64,000 nucleotides of DNA, from NCBI GenBank assembly GCA_964057225.1, contig OZ059894.1:15686001-15750000 (forward strand), in the 5' to 3' direction. The stretch's first letter is position 1; every line of letters starts with the position of its first letter. Source of the stretch: Auanema rhodensis (taxonomy: Eukaryota > Animalia > Nematoda). The notes under the pieces are model-generated. The model was given only the letters and a program-made list of their open reading frames with translations. It did no database searches and was not told the origin of the DNA. The position numbers were made by a program, and so were the translations under genes. Positions 59,201-64,000 of the stretch are shown here, piece by piece.

Positions 59201-61028
59201 ACCATTGAAGCATCTTCATCCTATCGCATTTGCCAGCAGAAAACTGGTAAAAGCGGAACGCAATTACGCACCAATCGAAATTGAAGCCTTAGGGTTAGTA
59301 TACGCACTGAATCAATTTCGCACATACATACTGGGAACGCATACTATATGTATCACTGACCATCGCCCTCTCACAAGTTTACTAACTCGCAGAGACCTAT
59401 TTGGTCGTCTTGCTAAATTTCAGTTAGTAATACAAGAATACGACATTGAGATAAGGTACAGAGAGGGCCAGCTCAATAAAGTATGTGATGCATTGTCACG
59501 TTATATAGGCGATGAAGCAAATGATGCAAAGCCGGAAAAGAAGAAAAAGAAAAACGCAGAATCGATCAGAATAAATACTATTGATACACCTGCTATAAAA
59601 GAAATTCAACAAAATACTCTATGGATAAAGAAAACAATCGCGGACATCGAATATAGAACGCAAAAGAAAATGGTCTCTAACGATAGATATTGCGTTATAA
59701 ATGGATTACTCTACACAAAACCAACAGACAAGAAACCACATCCTGCAATCGTTGTGCCACAAGATCATCCAATCAAGGACGAGATAATAGAATTATTTCA
59801 CGAAGATCCTACAATCGCAGCGCATCAAGGAATTAATAAAACTAAAGAAGCTATCCTACGGAGATTTTATTGGACCAACATGCAAAATGATATCATGATA
59901 TATATCAAAAACTGCATTAAATGCGCACAAAGGAAGAAGGACCCACATTCTATGACAGTACAGCCAATAGGTCAATTTGAAATACCGACCAAGCCTTTTG
60001 AACGAGTTCATATGGATGTAATGGGACCTTTTCCCCCGTCAAAAAGGAATTGTACTTACGTTATTACCATCCAGGATGCTTTTACTAAATGGTCAACAAC
60101 GATAGCAGTACCGCAAATTACGACAGAAATAACAATTGACAGATTTCTACGCAACTTTGTATACATATACGGACCGCCTCATCGACTGATCACCGATAGA
60201 GGATCTAATTTTGTATCTCAAAAGTTTGAAGAAATGTGTACAAAACTGGGAATTCAACATGAACCCACCCTTCCTCACCAAAAGAACTCAAACGGACAAG
60301 TCGAAAGACTACACAGAACTCTTGAGGAAGGATTAACACACTACTTGAAGGAAGATCTAAGCGACTGGGATAGCGTATTGCCGAAAATTACATTCGCTAT
60401 CAATAACATTCAGCATGCTACAACAGGCATAGCCCCATACGTAGCACTTTTTGGAAAAGAATGCAGAATGAAAATTGATGCCGAATTACCGGGAACCATA
60501 ACAAAAATCAAAGAGATTTCGGAAGAATTACTCACGAGAAGACCTCAAATGATGAAAATAGACCAAATAATACGTGAACGTATCGCCCAAAACCAAGAAA
60601 ACGCCAGAAAGAAGAAGGATAGAACACAAAGGACGCACGAAAGGAACATTCAACCCGGCGACATGGTGATGACAACAATAAAGTCACATAAAATTGGTCA
60701 GAAACTGAGGAAAAGCTATGACGGACCTTACGAAGTTATTAACGTACAAGGATCCAAGGTGCAGATAAGGAATTCATCAGGAAAGATACAAGATATCCAC
60801 AAGGATAATCTCAAACTCTTCTCAAACGCTACTCAAAATATCACTCACAATACCCGCTCTAATACACGCAACAATCACGAAGAAGAAGAAGAGGACAGCG
60901 ATATAGAGATACTAAGAGTGATCAAAAGAAACGAGCAAGATAACACCGATAGCGAACCGGAATCAGAGAACGAAGATGGAGACGAATTATGGTTACCACG
61001 GATGAAAAATCAAAAAGAGAAAGCATGA
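56268..61028 (+). CDS. env-pol: Gypsy polyprotein, C-terminal part: gB-like Env C-terminus with TM helix, protease, RT, RNase H, integrase
   Basis: EPTIAMRTILGREDIAARFVG..V.V..C and TCY..TPV (gB-like); TM LILIGSTVLIIAAIIITIF; LWDSGS; MPMGL and YLDD; IESDGSNIAVGAVL; HHCC, VHMD, TDRGSNF, NGQVERLH, YDGPY. Confidence 0.95.
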   Translation, partial: EIQYTQNISQRIAQDHLQYATTLIQEELQKHFMESYESICEIQNRYLELWRSILQIEPTIAMRTILGREDIAARFVGSEIVHVHICLPIEPKTVHHSHKINETCYLETPVTTEDNKLYFAAPGSRDLLSYGKEIDCEHVPTDIYEKNGEWMNINGSAEVNPITLFDGAHQHKVTPLKFTGAHLYTNLSSRVYSMTTAIAYGASLASIRQNHVLNTIHNDPKITSAFILLKKGSDYISKATEFTTTAWNSIKQFLMGTIERTLILIGSTVLIIAAIIITIFAGKFYFFKAMPLPVMHIQRADNEPPGYEETLELVSRPDQPMPENIMKQYYPALVTFIPLAIPFIASIKSKETKLPLIYISVEDKLILALWDSGSSVSYVRLSTLKYLNMAQHVKKRRLVAMAANKTTFTLYGKINLNIEIAGYEIEHTFLVSNDCDCPAPALIGMDFMSTLDSENIDVSLKPSKKMLEIGNYALPLIEQDAIKQTAITVNIINLKKRIIQPDEESTIPIKADRPLKSNEVVILRDNGNALASSYPTAFRETSGVYVVFRNNTDKTLAMEANSVIGQATIGEVPSWQTIQEDPMQPYIPPEADWENKLPHFPRNFMNDLNLDKADLNNEDKHELTNIVKNHREAFLNEDRKIGLFKGPIEHTIPLRSDMDMPRSRITRIPLGKQEEVEKQVKEMLEQGIIEPSTSLFNSPAVLVKKKDETYRFVTDFRALNSVTRKQTYVIPSISDIVDMAAGAQFFSNFDLVSGFFQISLRKSDRPLTAFTTTSGTYQYKRMPMGLCGAPHTFQTAVRYLQSKCSCKLFVYLDDLLIISDTRKQHLEDIDELLHAVESLGMKIKLKKCAFAQPEVKFLGLIIGREGIKPDPQKVAAIQEYPAPKNATGVRAFLGMVGFFRKFIKDFASIASPLYDLTKTDTEFAWEKQHQEAVDRLKRSLTQAPVLSPPKSDRLFIIESDGSNIAVGAVLLQPEDPTQPLKHLHPIAFASRKLVKAERNYAPIEIEALGLVYALNQFRTYILGTHTICITDHRPLTSLLTRRDLFGRLAKFQLVIQEYDIEIRYREGQLNKVCDALSRYIGDEANDAKPEKKKKKNAESIRINTIDTPAIKEIQQNTLWIKKTIADIEYRTQKKMVSNDRYCVINGLLYTKPTDKKPHPAIVVPQDHPIKDEIIELFHEDPTIAAHQGINKTKEAILRRFYWTNMQNDIMIYIKNCIKCAQRKKDPHSMTVQPIGQFEIPTKPFERVHMDVMGPFPPSKRNCTYVITIQDAFTKWSTTIAVPQITTEITIDRFLRNFVYIYGPPHRLITDRGSNFVSQKFEEMCTKLGIQHEPTLPHQKNSNGQVERLHRTLEEGLTHYLKEDLSDWDSVLPKITFAINNIQHATTGIAPYVALFGKECRMKIDAELPGTITKIKEISEELLTRRPQMMKIDQIIRERIAQNQENARKKKDRTQRTHERNIQPGDMVMTTIKSHKIGQKLRKSYDGPYEVINVQGSKVQIRNSSGKIQDIHKDNLKLFSNATQNITHNTRSNTRNNHEEEEEDSDIEILRVIKRNEQDNTDSEPESENEDGDELWLPRMKNQKEKA

Positions 61029-61715
61029 AAAGACGACAAGAAATAACTTTATATACATTCTTTTCTTCTCTGTAAATTGTAAAAATGGAAGTAACGGTGA
61101 ATTAGAAAACTTTTTGACGAGAGATTAAGTGAGTAAACAACTAAAAATAAGGAATAAGCAAAAATATAATAGAAATAAATGGCTACCGTAATCCTATACG
61201 ACCGATAGAGATAATATTTTGCGCTAAACTGAGCTCCATATGTATCTCCAAGAAGAGACGAACATTGGCAGGCGCCTAAGCCACACCCCATCTGAGTGGT
61301 AGCCTCCATTAGTACTCAAGGATTCATTTAGAGAGACATATGGAGACGAGTAAATTATTAACTAAAATTATCCCCATCATCATTAGGATACGAGTAACCA
61401 TGTACCCGAAATGTTTAATAATTCCTTATTGTCTCACATAAATCACACATTCATGAAACTAAGAAAATTTTTTTTTATTACAGTACTACAGTGACTAAAT
61501 TTATTTTCTAATCCTCCGTTACAAAATAACGTAAAACCTATTATTGTATTCAAATTCTATCTTAATACCATGAAGAAACCTATTAAAACTATTTATATAT
61601 CTTTCTACATGTAGATTTTAAAACTTTTAATTTTATTTGTAAACTCCTAGACTCTAAAACTCAGCTACATATACACTGAAAATCTCTTTATATCGCGCGG
61701 ACGCGAAAAATCTTT

Positions 61716-61724
61716 GAAAAAGGG
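61716..61724 (+). promoter_or_regulatory. Polypurine tract
   Basis: GAAAAAGGG followed by CA and the 3' LTR; same arrangement at 16672-16680. Confidence 0.7.
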
Positions 61725-61726
61725 CA

Positions 61727-62070
61727 CGTTCCATTCGGACTCCCCATATATGTAGCTGAAGGGTTAGAGCCAGACGACCAGAGGACCGAGGAATGGCTCC
61801 GCCTTCCCTCGTTCCCTTGGTCGGGAGTTCGCCTCTTAGCAAGCTGATGGACGGCTTGTAGTTTAGTCTTTATACTTATGTTTATCTTATTGTATTGTAT
61901 CTTTATCTTTGTATATTATTGTTGTAGTTTCATGCCAATAAATCTTTCTCTATTTTATCTTATGATTGACCTTATGCTCTGTATTCCTACCGCTACACCA
62001 AGGAATACTATTCGCGTCATGGTATAAACTACAATGGTTTATATTATCGACGCAGGAGCATAACGGAACG
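61727..62070 (+). repeat. 3' LTR
   Basis: Direct repeat of 33425-33768. Confidence 0.97.
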
Positions 62071-64000
62071 CCAGAAATCTAATTTATCTATTTTTTTATT
62101 TTTTGGTACTACCGATTTAGAATTCATCATACACCTCGGTGTATGCCACATTCGAAGCAGCGTGGCGCAGTGGAAGCGTGCTGGGCCCATAACCCAGAGG
62201 TCGGTGGATCGAAACCACTCGCTGCTAGTGTTTTACCGATTCCAGAAATCTAATTTATCTATTTTTTTATTTTTTGGTACTACCGATTTAGAATTCATCA
62301 TACACCTCGGTGTATGCCACATTCGAAGCAGCGTGACGCAGTGGAAGCGTGCTGGGCCCATAACCCAGAGGTCGGTGGATCGAAACCACTCGCTGCTAGT
62401 GTTTTACCGATTCCAGAAATCTAATTTATCTATTTTTTTATTTTTTGGTACTACCGATTTAGAATTCATCATACACCTCGGTGTATGCCACATTCGAAGC
62501 AGCGTGGCGCAGTGGAAGCGTGCTGGGCCCATAACCCAGAGGTCGGTGGATCGAAACCACTCGCTGCTAGTGTTTTACCGATTCCAGAAATCTAATTTAT
62601 CTATTTTTTTATTTTTTGGTACTACCGATTTAGAATTCATCATACACCTCGGTGTATGCCACATTCGAAGCAGCGTGGCGCAGTGGAAGCGTGCTGGGCC
62701 CATAACCCAGAGGTCGGTGGATCGAAACCACTCGCTGCTAGTGTTTTACCGATTCCAGAAATCTAATTTATCTATTTTTTTATTTTTTGGTACTACCGAT
62801 TTAGAATTCATCATACACCTCGGTGTATGCCACATTCGAAGCAGCGTGGCGCAGTGGAAGCGTGCTGGGCCCATAACCCAGAGGTCGGTGGATCGAAACC
62901 ACTCGCTGCTAGTGTTTTACCGATTCCAGAAATCTAATTTATCTATTTTTTTATTTTTTGGTACTACCGATTTAGAATTCATCATACACCTCGGTGTATG
63001 CCACATTCGAAGCAGCGTGGCGCAGTGGAAGCGTGCTGGGCCCATAACCCAGAGGTCGGTGGATCGAAACCACTCGCTGCTAGTGTTTTACCGATTCCAG
63101 AAATCTAATTTATCTATTTTTTTATTTTTTGGTACTACCGATTTAGAATTCATCATACACCTCGGTGTATGCCACATTCGAAGCAGCGTGGCGCAGTGGA
63201 AGCGTGCTGGGCCCATAACCCAGAGGTCGGTGGATCGAAACCACTCGCTGCTAGTGTTTTACCGATTCCAGAAATCTAATTTATCTATTTTTTTATTTTT
63301 TGGTACTACCGATTTAGAATTCATCATACACCTCGGTGTATGCCACATTCGAAGCAGCGTGGCGCAGTGGAAGCGTGCTGGGCCCATAACCCAGAGGTCG
63401 GTGGATCGAAACCACTCGCTGCTAGTGTTTTACCGATTCCAGAAATCTAATTTATCTATTTTTTTATTTTTTGGTACTACCGATTTAGAATTCATCATAC
63501 ACCTCGGTGTATGCCACATTCGAAGCAGCGTGGCGCAGTGGAAGCGTGCTGGGCCCATAACCCAGAGGTCGGTGGATCGAAACCACTCGCTGCTAGTGTT
63601 TTACCGATTCCAGAAATCTAATTTATCTATTTTTTTATTTTTTGGTACTACCGATTTAGAATTCATCATACACCTCGGTGTATGCCACATTCGAAGCAGC
63701 GTGGCGCAGTGGAAGCGTGCTGGGCCCATAACCCAGAGGTCGGTGGATCGAAACCACTCGCTGCTAGTGTTTTACCGATTCCAGAAATCTAATTTATCTA
63801 TTTTTTTATTTTTTGGTACTACCGATTTAGAATTCATCATACACCTCGGTGTATGCCACATTCGAAGCAGCGTGGCGCAGTGGAAGCGTGCTGGGCCCAT
63901 AACCCAGAGGTCGGTGGATCGAAACCACTCGCTGCTAGTGTTTTACCGATTCCAGAAATCTAATTTATCTATTTTTTTATTTTTTGGTACTACCGATTTA
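62071..64000 (+). repeat. tRNA-iMet tandem array, block 3: 11 genes, continues beyond the window
   Basis: tRNA starts at 62156 + 171n up to 63866; one A-box variant (GTGACGC) near 62335. Confidence 0.97.

Larger units (their letters stand above)
33425..62070 (+). mobile_element. Full-length env-carrying Ty3/Gypsy LTR retrotransposon (about 11.9 kb without the nested Maverick)
   Basis: 344-bp LTRs, CCAG TSD (33421-33424 and 62071-62074), PBS, PPT, and PR-RT-RH-IN domain order. Confidence 0.97.

Noticed and set aside
61049-61309. Antisense ORF in the Gypsy 3' UTR (also 16061-16267)
   Set aside because: Similarity is explained by DNA identity, the C-termini differ in frame, and there is no recognisable motif.
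11278-64000. Relationship to primate alpha satellite (also 171 bp)
   Set aside because: Only the length matches; the sequence is tRNA plus spacer.

Overview
Eukaryotic genomic DNA, most likely nematode (the tRNA sequence, ~45-nt introns with TTTCAG/TTTTAG acceptors and the TE content all fit). The backbone is a tandem array of roughly 100 initiator tRNA-Met(CAT) genes in 171-bp units (11.3-33.4 kb and 62.1-64 kb, plus a few inverted copies at 0.9-1.3 kb), heavily invaded by mobile elements. The main element is a Ty3/Gypsy retrotransposon (33425-62070) with non-canonical CG...CG LTRs, a 4-bp TSD, a tRNA-Gln PBS, an antisense spliced accessory gene, and one gag-env-pol ORF whose env looks like a herpesvirus-gB/class III fusogen. 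A complete 16.7-kb Maverick/Polinton (39561-56261, 6-bp TSD) with a 13-intron pPolB has inserted into that env. Also present: an internally deleted copy of the same Gypsy (13465-17026), two further CG-ending LTR remnants, two Merlin (IS1595-like) copies inside tRNA genes made by a 3989-bp segmental duplication, a dead piggyBac inside a large inverted repeat, a Tc1/mariner-type non-autonomous element, a MULE remnant, and a possible tRNA-site-specific element at the left edge. All calls come from reading the sequence by eye; no searches were run.
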